A stretch of 64,000 bases of DNA from the IMG/VR virus record IMGVR_UViG_3300025914_000003, one strand, 5' to 3'. Under the pieces are notes generated by a model. The model saw nothing but the letters and a program-made list of their open reading frames with translations, did not search any database and was not told where the DNA came from. Shown here in pieces: positions 34,521-44,014 of the stretch. How positions within the stretch are numbered: position 1 is the stretch's first letter; the number at the start of each line of letters is the position of its first letter. Origin of the DNA: a virus. Made by a program: the position numbers and the translations under genes.

Positions 34521-37500
34521 TTGGCAGTCGATAGCACAAAGCTCATCATCGATATTGAATCTCGTCTGCGCAACCTTGAGCGCACGCTCAAAGGTCTGGC
34601 CGCGATCCGCAAGTCGCTACAGTCGGTAGCGAATGTTAGCCAACAGGTAGCTGGAGTCAACCGAGCGTCCGCGGCCACTGATCGACTGAGTCGGCAACAG
34701 CAACGTGCCGCAATTACCGCGCAGCGTCTCGCCAATCAGGAACAGGCGGTCAATGTCCGTGCGCTTGAGCTATCCAATCGAATGGAGCGTGCGCGGCAGG
34801 CGACTCAACGTCTGGCACAGTCTCAGCAACGTCTCGACGCCGCGACTGCGGCTTCTACTTCCAGGTTGGGCCAACAAGCGGACGCGCACGTACGCTTTTT
34901 TAAGGCCACGGAAGCGGCCTTAAAGAAAGCGCCGTTGGCGGATTCTCACGTTCAGGCTTTTCGGTCTATCGAGAAAGCGGCAAAGGACGCAGATACCGCC
35001 CTGAAAAAAGCTCCTCAAATGGATGCGCACGTGCGAGCTTTCAGAGCGTTAGAAAGAGGCGCACAGGATGCCGATAGTCACGTTAAGGCATTTCGTGCAA
35101 GCGAAAGAGCACTAGCTAGAGCACCTCAACTTGATTCTCACGTACGGGCATTCAGGGCGTTACAAAAGGGCGTTGAAGACGCTGATCACCATGTTCAGTT
35201 CTTTCGTGCGAACGAAGCAGCACTGGCGAAAGCTCCTCAAATGGATGCGCACGTGCGAGCTTTTCGCGCTCTTGAAGCGGCGTCTAAACAAGCCTCTCAG
35301 GGTCTTCTTGGCATCGGCAATGCACTGCGCGGCCTCGGACAAGGGCTGGTATCCCTTGGCGCAACGCTAAGCGTGACTATCACCGCACCGCTGGTAGCGG
35401 CGGGTGCGGCGTCAGTGGATGCGGCGATGCGGCTGGACTCGCTCAAACGTGGACTGGCAGCGATTGTTGGCTCCGCTGATGAGGCTAATCGTCAACTGCA
35501 ACGGTTGACGCAGATCGCCAAACTTCCCGGCATCGGATTCGAGGAGGCGATCCAGGGTAGCATTCGCCTGCAAGCAGTTGGGTTCAGCGCCGCCGAAGCA
35601 GAGAAGTCGCTCCGAGAGTTTGCTAACGCTGTCGCGCTCACTGGTGGCGGGCGGGAAGAACTAACCCGCGTAACGGTGCAACTCGGTCAGCTTGCAGCCA
35701 AGGGCAAGGTACTATCGCAGGATCTCCGTCCGATTATCGAAGCTGCACCCGCTGTTGGCCGCGCGTTGTTGGAAGCCTTCGGCACAGTCAACCCGGACGA
35801 TATTGGTGACCTCGGCATCAGCAGCCAGCAGTTTCTCAGTATTCTCACCGAGCAACTCACTCGGCTGCCTCGTGCTGCCGCCGGCGCCAAGAATAGCTTT
35901 GAGAACTTCCGTGATGAGGTATTCCGAGCCGCGGCAGCGGTTGGTGAAGTCCTACTGCCCGGACTCGTACGACTGGCGGAAGTTGTCGGGCCTATCATCA
36001 CCCGATTGGCTGAAATCTTCACACAGTTACCACGTCCAGTGCAGCTTGTCGGTATTGGATTGGCGACCTTGGCGGCTGCGCTTGGCCCAGTGTTGTTTGT
36101 CGTTGGGCAACTAACGATCGGCGTTGGCCGCTTATTGGTGGAGTTCGTTGAATTGAACGCGGCGGGCATCCTGCCAACGATAATCAGCTTGCGAGGGCTG
36201 ACTGCCGCATCTCTCACAGCCGCAGCAGCCCAACGTACGCTCGGTGTCTCATCGCTTGCTCTTGGCGGAGCCATCGGCGGCATAGCAGCGATCCTCGCCG
36301 CTATCGCCGCTGCTTATGTTACCTACAACGCCTTTCAGAAGGATGCTACTACACTCAGCAAGGAACGGGCTGAGCAACTCACTGCGGAAATTGACGGGTT
36401 GGAGAAGCAGGCAAAGTTTCTCAACGGCTTGGGAGCAGGGGTTGAACGCACTGCCGACGAACAACAACGACTCTCCGACATTTACGACAAACTCAACAGT
36501 CAAGCGCAAATTCGCGTCGCGGGAATTACTGATGAAGCCAAGCGCCTAATTGCTCTGCGTGCTGAGTTGGAAAAGGTGATTCAGCTTCGAGGTCAGGAAC
36601 GCGACCAGCAAGCGGCTTCAGTGGCAGCGCAGATTGCTAACAGCGCAGCGCAAATTGCATCTAACGATGCCGGGCGACAGTCCATCACGGCAAACATCGC
36701 AGCCAACAACGAACTGGTTGAAACCCTGCAACGTGAAGGGCGAATCACTGACGATACTCGGCGCAAGCTGGAACAATTAGGACATAGTACTTCGGTTGAC
36801 GTGGTGAGGGCTGTTGAGAATCTGCAACAGCAATCTGCTCGATTGGTGCAACGCCAGCGGGAGTTGGGTGAGAATACTCAGGAAGTGCGCGGTCAGCTAA
36901 ATGATTACCTTACCACCTTGCGTACGCTCGATCCACAGCATCAACTCACCGCCCGCCAGCTATTGACTCTTGCCAAGAATCTTGGTCTTTTCCGTGGCGA
37001 CATTGAGCAAACCGTTCCGATACTAGAGAAGTACATCCAGACGGTTGAGAAGGCCGCCGCTGCACAGGAATCTCTAATACGTCCGCTGAGCGGTGTCGCA
37101 CAGAGTTTACTCAAGTCAGGCGACGCTGCGGACAAAGCAGCTAAAGCCCGACGTGCGCTAATTGAAGCCGCAGCAGCACAGGCGCGAGAGATTAGTGTCG
37201 ATTTCGAGGGGGCGCTGCGCGACATCAAGCGCACAGTGGATGCGGTTCCGGAACTGCGCCAGGCGTTAGAGCGCGAGAAGGAGCTAACCGGCAAGTCACT
37301 GGAGGAATTGCTACGTGAGGCCCTGGAGAGTGCGTTTAAGGGACGCGCTAAAGACAAGTCCGGTACGGCGCTGCGCAATGCTCAAGAGCAACTGGCGCAG
37401 GCACTAGCTGACGTTGCCCAGGCTTCCGCCGAGGAGTTGGGTCAGATCGAGCAGTTGAAGAACGACGCGCTGCTACAGGAAAATGAGAACGCCTTCAAAT

Positions 37501-39587
37501 TGCAACTCGTCGCCTATCGCCAGTACCTGAATGAGCGCGCGCGGCTTACCAGCGCCAATCTGCAACTGGAAATCAACGCACAACGAGCGCTCATCACTCA
37601 AGCTGAAGAGGAACAGAAGCGATTCAGAGAACGCGCCGCAATCCCTAACCTTCCCGCCGCTGAGCGTGTCAAGGCGCAGGGAAGCGCGGCAGCCGCTGAG
37701 GAACGGATTATCAAGGCACGCACAAAGATTCTGGATTTGCAACAGAAGCAGCGGGATGCGAATGTCGAGTTGGACCAAGCGCTGCGTGAGTCGGCTAAGC
37801 AGCAACTCGACGATGTACGTAAGCTGGAGATTGAATTCGGCGAATTACAGGGGCGGATAGAAGATGCGGCCAATGCTACGACCGATGAGAAGTTCCGTGA
37901 GTCGTTGCAGGCACTTTCGGCCGCACAGGACGACCTAAACAAGCGACTACTCATCTTCGGCAAGCTGCTCAGCGCTGATGAACGCCAAGCACTTGAGGCC
38001 GCTCGCGCACAGAACCAGAGACAGATTGATGCGATTGAGAACATCAAGGCGCAGGAGGACGCACTGGCTGCGCTCGCGGCAGCCAACGAGTTGGTCCGTC
38101 GCGCCAAAGAACGACAAGCAAAGCTGGAAGATGATCTCACCTTTCAAACTGAATCTCGCGGGCTTACTGAAGAGGCAGCGATTAAGCGCCGACTGGCAGG
38201 CGAGGAAAAGCTTAATGACTCACTGATAATTGCGCACGAGACTATCCGACAGATTGTCGCAGCGTTGCAGGCGAGAGGCGTTGAGCCACCTCGCGCGCTC
38301 ATCGAATTTCTCCAGCAACTTCGCACTGAAGTCCAGGGGTTAGGCGAACTCTCTTTCAGCGAGCAATTCCGACTGGCGCAGAAGGAGTTTGACCGCATCA
38401 ACGATGAACGACTCCAGAAGATTGCCGATGTTGAGCGCGCAGTGCGCAACCGGGACATTGCTGAAGCTGAAGGACTGCTGCTCATCCGTCGCATCAACGG
38501 GCAGTATGTTGGCGATTTGGAACGCCAACTGGAAGTACTCAAGCAGATCGCCGCTGCCTCGGGTGACGTGACACTCAAGCGGCAAGCGGCTGACGCGGCG
38601 GAGACAGCCAAGGACGCTGCCGACCAGCTTGCCAAGCTTACCGTACAGATTCGCTCCACCTCTATCGATGCGCTACAGGAGGGCTTTACTAACTTTTTTA
38701 CCGACCTTGCTGATCGTAGTCAGTCGGCTACCCAGGATCTGTTGAAGTTCATCAACAGCGTGGTAGGCCGAGTTGAGCAGGTGATTGCCGAGAACCTGAG
38801 CCGCAAACTCATCGAATCCATCTTTGGCACGGGCGACGGTAAGGCAGGGGACGGCATTATTGCTGGTATCAGGCGGTTATTTGGGTTGGGTGGCAAGGTG
38901 ACAACTACAGTGGCTGAAGCCGCGCCTCATGCTGCTGAAGCTACCGCGCACGCCGCCGAGACTGCCGCTATCACCACTGCCAGTGCTGCGCTCACCACTG
39001 CTGGAGCAACTGCCGGAACTGCGATTACCGTTGCAGCAACCGCCTTCGCCTCCACTGTGACCGCCGCTGCCGCAGCGTTCGCGTCCATTGTGACAGCCGC
39101 AGCGGGCACACAGGCGGCGGGCGGGCTTGGCACCTTGTTGGGTGGCGCAGAAACAGGGTTGTACCCGGCGGTGCCCGGCGGTGTTTATCGTGTTGTTGAA
39201 GGTGGCTATCCAGAAGCGGTACTGACCACTGATCCACAGCATGCCGTACGTCAAGTGAGCATCCTGCGCGAGTTTCTCGCTCGCACAAAGGGACTTGGCG
39301 GGCGCATTCCCGGCTTCGAGGTTGGGGCGATGGTTTCACGTGAAACAGGGCAGGCGAATCTGCTTAGCGCAATTCATCGTGCCGCTCCGATGTCATTGCC
39401 ACTCGCAGACGCGGCATCAACGAGCGCTGGCCCTAACTCTTTCACCTTCCGCCAAATCCTTGTTGACGACCAACGCGACATCAGCAATTGGTACAACAGC
39501 GCTGAAGGGGATCGCGTGCAGGTGCAGTGGCTGGCGCGTAATAGGCCGACGGTGCGGAAACTGCTCGGGATAAGGGAGGGGAACTAA
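34521..39587 (+). CDS. tape measure protein (1688 aa, TTG start)
   Basis: Called on size, position, long coiled coils and hydrophobic Ala/Gly/Thr segments. GAGG lies 7 nt before the TTG. The first in-frame ATG is about 86 codons downstream. Confidence 0.95.
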   Translation: MAVDSTKLIIDIESRLRNLERTLKGLAAIRKSLQSVANVSQQVAGVNRASAATDRLSRQQQRAAITAQRLANQEQAVNVRALELSNRMERARQATQRLAQSQQRLDAATAASTSRLGQQADAHVRFFKATEAALKKAPLADSHVQAFRSIEKAAKDADTALKKAPQMDAHVRAFRALERGAQDADSHVKAFRASERALARAPQLDSHVRAFRALQKGVEDADHHVQFFRANEAALAKAPQMDAHVRAFRALEAASKQASQGLLGIGNALRGLGQGLVSLGATLSVTITAPLVAAGAASVDAAMRLDSLKRGLAAIVGSADEANRQLQRLTQIAKLPGIGFEEAIQGSIRLQAVGFSAAEAEKSLREFANAVALTGGGREELTRVTVQLGQLAAKGKVLSQDLRPIIEAAPAVGRALLEAFGTVNPDDIGDLGISSQQFLSILTEQLTRLPRAAAGAKNSFENFRDEVFRAAAAVGEVLLPGLVRLAEVVGPIITRLAEIFTQLPRPVQLVGIGLATLAAALGPVLFVVGQLTIGVGRLLVEFVELNAAGILPTIISLRGLTAASLTAAAAQRTLGVSSLALGGAIGGIAAILAAIAAAYVTYNAFQKDATTLSKERAEQLTAEIDGLEKQAKFLNGLGAGVERTADEQQRLSDIYDKLNSQAQIRVAGITDEAKRLIALRAELEKVIQLRGQERDQQAASVAAQIANSAAQIASNDAGRQSITANIAANNELVETLQREGRITDDTRRKLEQLGHSTSVDVVRAVENLQQQSARLVQRQRELGENTQEVRGQLNDYLTTLRTLDPQHQLTARQLLTLAKNLGLFRGDIEQTVPILEKYIQTVEKAAAAQESLIRPLSGVAQSLLKSGDAADKAAKARRALIEAAAAQAREISVDFEGALRDIKRTVDAVPELRQALEREKELTGKSLEELLREALESAFKGRAKDKSGTALRNAQEQLAQALADVAQASAEELGQIEQLKNDALLQENENAFKLQLVAYRQYLNERARLTSANLQLEINAQRALITQAEEEQKRFRERAAIPNLPAAERVKAQGSAAAAEERIIKARTKILDLQQKQRDANVELDQALRESAKQQLDDVRKLEIEFGELQGRIEDAANATTDEKFRESLQALSAAQDDLNKRLLIFGKLLSADERQALEAARAQNQRQIDAIENIKAQEDALAALAAANELVRRAKERQAKLEDDLTFQTESRGLTEEAAIKRRLAGEEKLNDSLIIAHETIRQIVAALQARGVEPPRALIEFLQQLRTEVQGLGELSFSEQFRLAQKEFDRINDERLQKIADVERAVRNRDIAEAEGLLLIRRINGQYVGDLERQLEVLKQIAAASGDVTLKRQAADAAETAKDAADQLAKLTVQIRSTSIDALQEGFTNFFTDLADRSQSATQDLLKFINSVVGRVEQVIAENLSRKLIESIFGTGDGKAGDGIIAGIRRLFGLGGKVTTTVAEAAPHAAEATAHAAETAAITTASAALTTAGATAGTAITVAATAFASTVTAAAAAFASIVTAAAGTQAAGGLGTLLGGAETGLYPAVPGGVYRVVEGGYPEAVLTTDPQHAVRQVSILREFLARTKGLGGRIPGFEVGAMVSRETGQANLLSAIHRAAPMSLPLADAASTSAGPNSFTFRQILVDDQRDISNWYNSAEGDRVQVQWLARNRPTVRKLLGIREGN
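35007..35263 (+). repeat. 35-nt perfect direct repeat (35007-35041 and 35229-35263) within a 7-fold DxHV[RQK][AF]F[RK] peptide repeat region
   Basis: AAAGCTCCTCAAATGGATGCGCACGTGCGAGCTTT occurs twice, 222 nt apart. Confidence 0.9.
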
Positions 39588-40000
39588 TGCCGGGCTACTG
39601 CGGTTTCACAATGGCCGACGAAATCCTGAACTTCTTCTATCGAGGGACAGCAATAACCATTGGCTCCAGTCTATGGATCCGCTTTCTCGTCTCTCCGTCG
39701 TCACGCTCCGGTGGCGGCACTGAAACGAACTATGGTGGTTATGCGCGTTACGAGATCGTGCGCGGTACGGCGCTGTTCGGCTCCGCTCCGTCGCAAGGCC
39801 AGTTGGCGAACACGGTAAAAATCATGCTGCCCGCTGCGACAACTCTCGGCAACGGCGACTTGAACTCATTCGACATCGTTAACACCGCGTCAGGTGCATT
39901 CACCAAACTCTACAACGGTGGTCCGATCCTGACGCCGAAAGCGATTGTAGTAGGCAAGTCGCCTGAGTTTGGAATTGGCAAGTTGATTATGACGTTCTAA
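39587..40000 (+). CDS. tail-tip associated structural protein (hypothetical)
   Basis: TAATG junction with the tape measure gene. 137 aa. Confidence 0.6.
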   Translation: MPGYCGFTMADEILNFFYRGTAITIGSSLWIRFLVSPSSRSGGGTETNYGGYARYEIVRGTALFGSAPSQGQLANTVKIMLPAATTLGNGDLNSFDIVNTASGAFTKLYNGGPILTPKAIVVGKSPEFGIGKLIMTF

Positions 40001-40005
40001 GTCCT

Positions 40006-40824
40006 ATGCCTGTCACTGTCCCATCTGCAACGAACTTCCTGTATCGCATGTCGTATGCGTCGAACACAGAGCGCTTCACTAACGTTGCCGAAGATCAGGC
40101 CTTCGACAGCGAAGTCTATCGTCACATCCCCATTACCCATACGCCGCCTAAATTCAGCGCCGATCCCCAAGAAGCCGAAGTCGTACTTACTATTTATGAA
40201 CGCAACGCCATCAGTGATTTATTCACACTTGGGCCGCCACCGTTTCAAATCATCCTCGACATTTGGGAATATGACCGCGTTGCCGACACTGTCACGCCTC
40301 ACTACCACGGCTGGATAGTCCGGCCTGCATTCAACCTGCATGATTCCACCGTCGCCTTTCGTTGCAAGTCCGTCTGGCACTTCTTCGAGCGTGAATCGTT
40401 CACCGACTCACTCTCCGCGCTCAGCCGTTACAACATCTATGATCCTCGTGCCGGGGTGGACATCGAAACGTTGCGCACGGGCATTACTATTGACAATCTA
40501 AACGACCAGCGCGACGTGCTGACTGTTAGCGGTATCACGCAACTCGACACTTACTTCCGTGGCGGCATCATCGTCGCCCCTGACCGCGATATGAGGACGA
40601 TTGTTGAACATGTGACAGAGAGCGGAGTAAAGAAGTTGTACCTGAGTGCGGCATTTCCCCTGTTCACCCTTGACATCGGCTTCACTGCCGACATCTACCC
40701 TGGCGACGATTTGACCTATGAGACGTGGGCAAACAAATTCCAAACGCAGACGAACTTCGGCGAAAAGCATGGTGGCTGGGCGTTTATGCCGAATGTTGAT
40801 CCGGCAGTGAGAGGAGTGATCTAG
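40006..40824 (+). CDS. distal tail protein candidate (DUF2163/BR0599-like, GTA g13-like)
   Basis: C-terminal ...ETWANKFQTQTNFGEKHGGWAFMPNVDP resembles the BR0599 C-terminal motif. Identified from memory only. Confidence 0.45.
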   Translation: MPVTVPSATNFLYRMSYASNTERFTNVAEDQAFDSEVYRHIPITHTPPKFSADPQEAEVVLTIYERNAISDLFTLGPPPFQIILDIWEYDRVADTVTPHYHGWIVRPAFNLHDSTVAFRCKSVWHFFERESFTDSLSALSRYNIYDPRAGVDIETLRTGITIDNLNDQRDVLTVSGITQLDTYFRGGIIVAPDRDMRTIVEHVTESGVKKLYLSAAFPLFTLDIGFTADIYPGDDLTYETWANKFQTQTNFGEKHGGWAFMPNVDPAVRGVI

Positions 40825-42773
40825 TGTTCTGGCAAATAGCACTCCTCGCCGGACAGATGTGGCTAGGTGAGACTACTCGGCAGCGACCGAAGAAAGTCTC
40901 GTTCGAGGAGTTTCAGAAGAACAATGCGCCGAGTGAAGTGCGTCCAGTGCCGTACGTAGCAGGAACGGTCGAAGTCATTCCGTCACGTATTTGGTACGGA
41001 GATTTCAGCCAGCGGGCCGTGGAGCGTGACTCGCACTGGTCCGATTATCTCTGGGCCGGAGGACTGGCGTTCCTACTCGACACTATCACCGTAGCTTATC
41101 GATATTACTGTGGCGAGATGTTTGCGCTGTGCTTTGGGCCTGATGTCCACGTTGAGCGTGTAACCATTGGCGAACGACTGATGTACCAAGCCGTACTCGG
41201 CGCTGACAATGCTGGTGGCGGGTTTCTCATCGACGACCCACAGGCATGGGGTGGAGATCAGCCGCCAGGTGAAGGCGGGCAGTATTCATGGTGCGACGTC
41301 ACGCGTGGGAACTATACCGACCCGACGAACATCTACATCGAATCATTACTAACCACGCCGCCGAACAAGACGCCGAGTTTGCGGGGAGTGAGTTGTCTTA
41401 TCTCCCGAGCTCGTCTGCGTGCTGAATCCCCGCAGGGATTTCCCGAATCAGGGTTCTTTGCAGCAGGCGGCGTGGGGTTCATTCCAAGATTCCGAGAATG
41501 GAAAGTCATTGTTCGTCGCCAGCCTAATAACCTTGCTACTGCTTACAGCAAAATGGGGCGCAAGGCGAATCCGATGGAGGTCTGGTACGAGCACGCTACG
41601 TCGCTCGAGTACGGGGCGAGATGTCCAGTGGACGAACTGAATCTAACCTCACTGCGATCCTGCGCGCAGACCTTGTACGAAGAATCGAACGGCGACTTTA
41701 CAAGTGGCTGGTCTGGGAAGATTGAGAACCCAACTTCCCCGCTGGAAGTGTGCAAGAACGTCCTGCAACAGATTGATGCAGTGCCAGAGCCTTCCCCATC
41801 ACTGGGCCTGACTATCAGGCTCATTCGTCGAGATTATTCATTTGCGACCTTACCGCTACTGAACCAATCTAACATCACCCTTGTCGAACGCTACGACCCC
41901 GGCACTTACGAGGATACTGTAAATCGAGTCGATGTTCCGTTCAACGACATCGACAATAACTCTACCGAACGCAAAGGTGTGTATATCGACGCGGCGAACC
42001 AGACAATCCAAGGCGGGCGCATCGTGCCGCAGACCCAAGGGTATATCGGTGTCGGTGACTATCCAACTGCGAATATGCTTGCGACGCGCGATGGCCGCGC
42101 ACTGGCAATCCCTCGCCCGCCGCTGGTCTGCACTGTGCAACCCTCCATCGGTCGTACACGCTACGTTGGCGAGCCTGTCAAATTCGAGTGGTCCCAACCT
42201 TCCTTCAGCAAGGTCATGCGTATTACGGCACTAACGCCACCGGGACCGTCCGAGGTTGACTACACACTGGAAATGGTCGAGGACCAGTTTGCTACTGGAG
42301 CACGGGTGAGTGGCGAGCCTGTCGGCACCGGACACACGGATCCCGGCGTTGGATTAGACATTGCACCGCCATCAGTGACATGGGACACAGTGGAGAATCC
42401 CCCTGACGGACTAGCGCAGATTGTCCTGCAACAGAGCGACGAGTCGCTTATCAGTTACATCGACGGACGCTTCATCTTCGGCAGCTATGCACCTGGCGGG
42501 CAGTTTGCGCGACTTTACGTCACTGAACCCGGAGGTACGCAGACGCTTGCGCCACCACAATACTTGCCTGATGACAGTAGTAAGGGATCGTTTCAGTGGC
42601 CTGCGTTGACAACTGGTACTTATGAGTTCTGCCTGCAAACCTATTCGCTGCACTTCGCCACAAATAATGTGCTCGTATGTGCGGAGATTGAGGTGACAGT
42701 GCCCGACGTCAGACTACTTGAGGACGGCTCATCTCGCCTACTCGAAGACGGAGTAGTAAGAATCTTGGAGTAA
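40824..42773 (+). CDS. tail tip / host-specificity protein (TipJ / GTA g15-like N-terminus)
   Basis: Hydrophobic start followed by ...VRPVPYVAGTVEVIPSRIWYGDF, a typical opening for this family. Confidence 0.6.
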   Translation: MFWQIALLAGQMWLGETTRQRPKKVSFEEFQKNNAPSEVRPVPYVAGTVEVIPSRIWYGDFSQRAVERDSHWSDYLWAGGLAFLLDTITVAYRYYCGEMFALCFGPDVHVERVTIGERLMYQAVLGADNAGGGFLIDDPQAWGGDQPPGEGGQYSWCDVTRGNYTDPTNIYIESLLTTPPNKTPSLRGVSCLISRARLRAESPQGFPESGFFAAGGVGFIPRFREWKVIVRRQPNNLATAYSKMGRKANPMEVWYEHATSLEYGARCPVDELNLTSLRSCAQTLYEESNGDFTSGWSGKIENPTSPLEVCKNVLQQIDAVPEPSPSLGLTIRLIRRDYSFATLPLLNQSNITLVERYDPGTYEDTVNRVDVPFNDIDNNSTERKGVYIDAANQTIQGGRIVPQTQGYIGVGDYPTANMLATRDGRALAIPRPPLVCTVQPSIGRTRYVGEPVKFEWSQPSFSKVMRITALTPPGPSEVDYTLEMVEDQFATGARVSGEPVGTGHTDPGVGLDIAPPSVTWDTVENPPDGLAQIVLQQSDESLISYIDGRFIFGSYAPGGQFARLYVTEPGGTQTLAPPQYLPDDSSKGSFQWPALTTGTYEFCLQTYSLHFATNNVLVCAEIEVTVPDVRLLEDGSSRLLEDGVVRILE

Positions 42774-42776
42774 TTT

Positions 42777-43298
42777 ATGGGAAGCAAAATATCACAACTA
42801 ACCGAAGTAACTGCGCCGTCGAGCGGTAATGATCAGCTCGAGATAATTATTAATACCGAGACCACGCCACTGAACCGCCGCATTAAGTTTCTCAACCTGC
42901 TTAAGCGCGTCTTTCTCGGCGATGGAACACAACTGACGATCACCACCATTGCAGACGGTGAGTTTCTCAAGCGGAATGGAACAAACATTATCGGCGCAAC
43001 TCCGTCTACGGGTGCTCCGTCAGTAGTAGATGAAACAGGTGGTCCAGTCACGCTTGATGGTAGCCATGACGGAAACGTGGTCTTGGTTGACGACGACGTT
43101 ACAGTGCCGAGTGGATTAGGCGCAGGGTTCAGCGCGATGCTGATTCAAACTGGAGCGACTGCCGTAGAGATTATCGAAAGCGGTACGACAGTGAACAATC
43201 GACAGGGGCATGTTCATATCGCAGGGCGATACGGAGTGGTGACGTTGTTTGCTTATGCGTCAAACGTTTTTGTCATGGGGGGTGACACTGCTACATGA
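42777..43298 (+). CDS. tail fibre-like protein
   Basis: N-terminus SKISQLTEVTAPSSGNDQLEII is a common fibre N-terminal anchor motif. Confidence 0.5.
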   Translation: MGSKISQLTEVTAPSSGNDQLEIIINTETTPLNRRIKFLNLLKRVFLGDGTQLTITTIADGEFLKRNGTNIIGATPSTGAPSVVDETGGPVTLDGSHDGNVVLVDDDVTVPSGLGAGFSAMLIQTGATAVEIIESGTTVNNRQGHVHIAGRYGVVTLFAYASNVFVMGGDTAT

Positions 43299-44014
43299 TC
43301 GTCATGCCTCCTTTCAGCGGAATGATAGGACCGTCAGGGACAGGCGGTGGCGAGCCGGAACCTCCGGTTATCTCCGGCCTGCTGGCGTGGTGGAGGTCAA
43401 CGGCTATCGCTGGACTTAGTAACAATGACCCAATAACCACTTGGCCCAGCTCAACGGGCACGCCCAACGACCTGACTGAGACTACCCATCCCCCGCTCTA
43501 CAAGACGGGTATTCTCAACGGCTATCCTGCGGCGTTTTTTAGTGGGGCCGATAATCAGATTCTTAAATCGACAAACAATATCACCGGCCTAAAGCACGTC
43601 TTTGTGGTCGCGTACTATGACGACGCTACGTTTTTCGATTACCTGGGCTTGCTCAGCTTCTTTGCGTCCGTTCTGTCAGACTCACACCTAATTTTCACCG
43701 GACATCAGGGAACAACGCATTGGTATTACGGTGGTGCTGGCGCCGGAAGCGACTTCCGAGATAGTTATAAACTCAATGGAACGCTCGACACTGCTATGAC
43801 CGGACCGATGCAGGAATTTGCTGTAATTGAGAACTCGAATGACTGGTCCGCCGTGAACGCCAAACTTATCTTTGGGTCAGACCGAGACTCTGGAATCCGG
43901 TTCTGGGAGGGCTACTTACTGGAGATGTTTGGCTACGATCACGAATTGTCGTCAGGTGACGCAACAGACCTGCGGCAATACTGCTATGACAAGTACAACC
44001 TGACAGGAACCTAA
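43295..44014 (+). CDS. LamG/concanavalin-like tail protein candidate
   Basis: LLAWWRS...DPITTWPSSTG...PLYKTGILNGYPAAFFSG matches the Laminin_G_3-type opening pattern. Confidence 0.45.
   Translation: MIVMPPFSGMIGPSGTGGGEPEPPVISGLLAWWRSTAIAGLSNNDPITTWPSSTGTPNDLTETTHPPLYKTGILNGYPAAFFSGADNQILKSTNNITGLKHVFVVAYYDDATFFDYLGLLSFFASVLSDSHLIFTGHQGTTHWYYGGAGAGSDFRDSYKLNGTLDTAMTGPMQEFAVIENSNDWSAVNAKLIFGSDRDSGIRFWEGYLLEMFGYDHELSSGDATDLRQYCYDKYNLTGT

Noticed and set aside
35687-39339. Many long minus-strand and alternative-frame ORFs inside the tape measure gene (for example 35687..36283, 36941..37378, 37598..38140, 38144..38659, 38877..39254).
   Set aside because: They are antisense or out of frame relative to a 1688-aa ORF with clear tape-measure character. 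Their translations are Ser/Arg/Ala-rich low-complexity sequence, typical of shadow ORFs in GC-rich, Ala-rich coding DNA.
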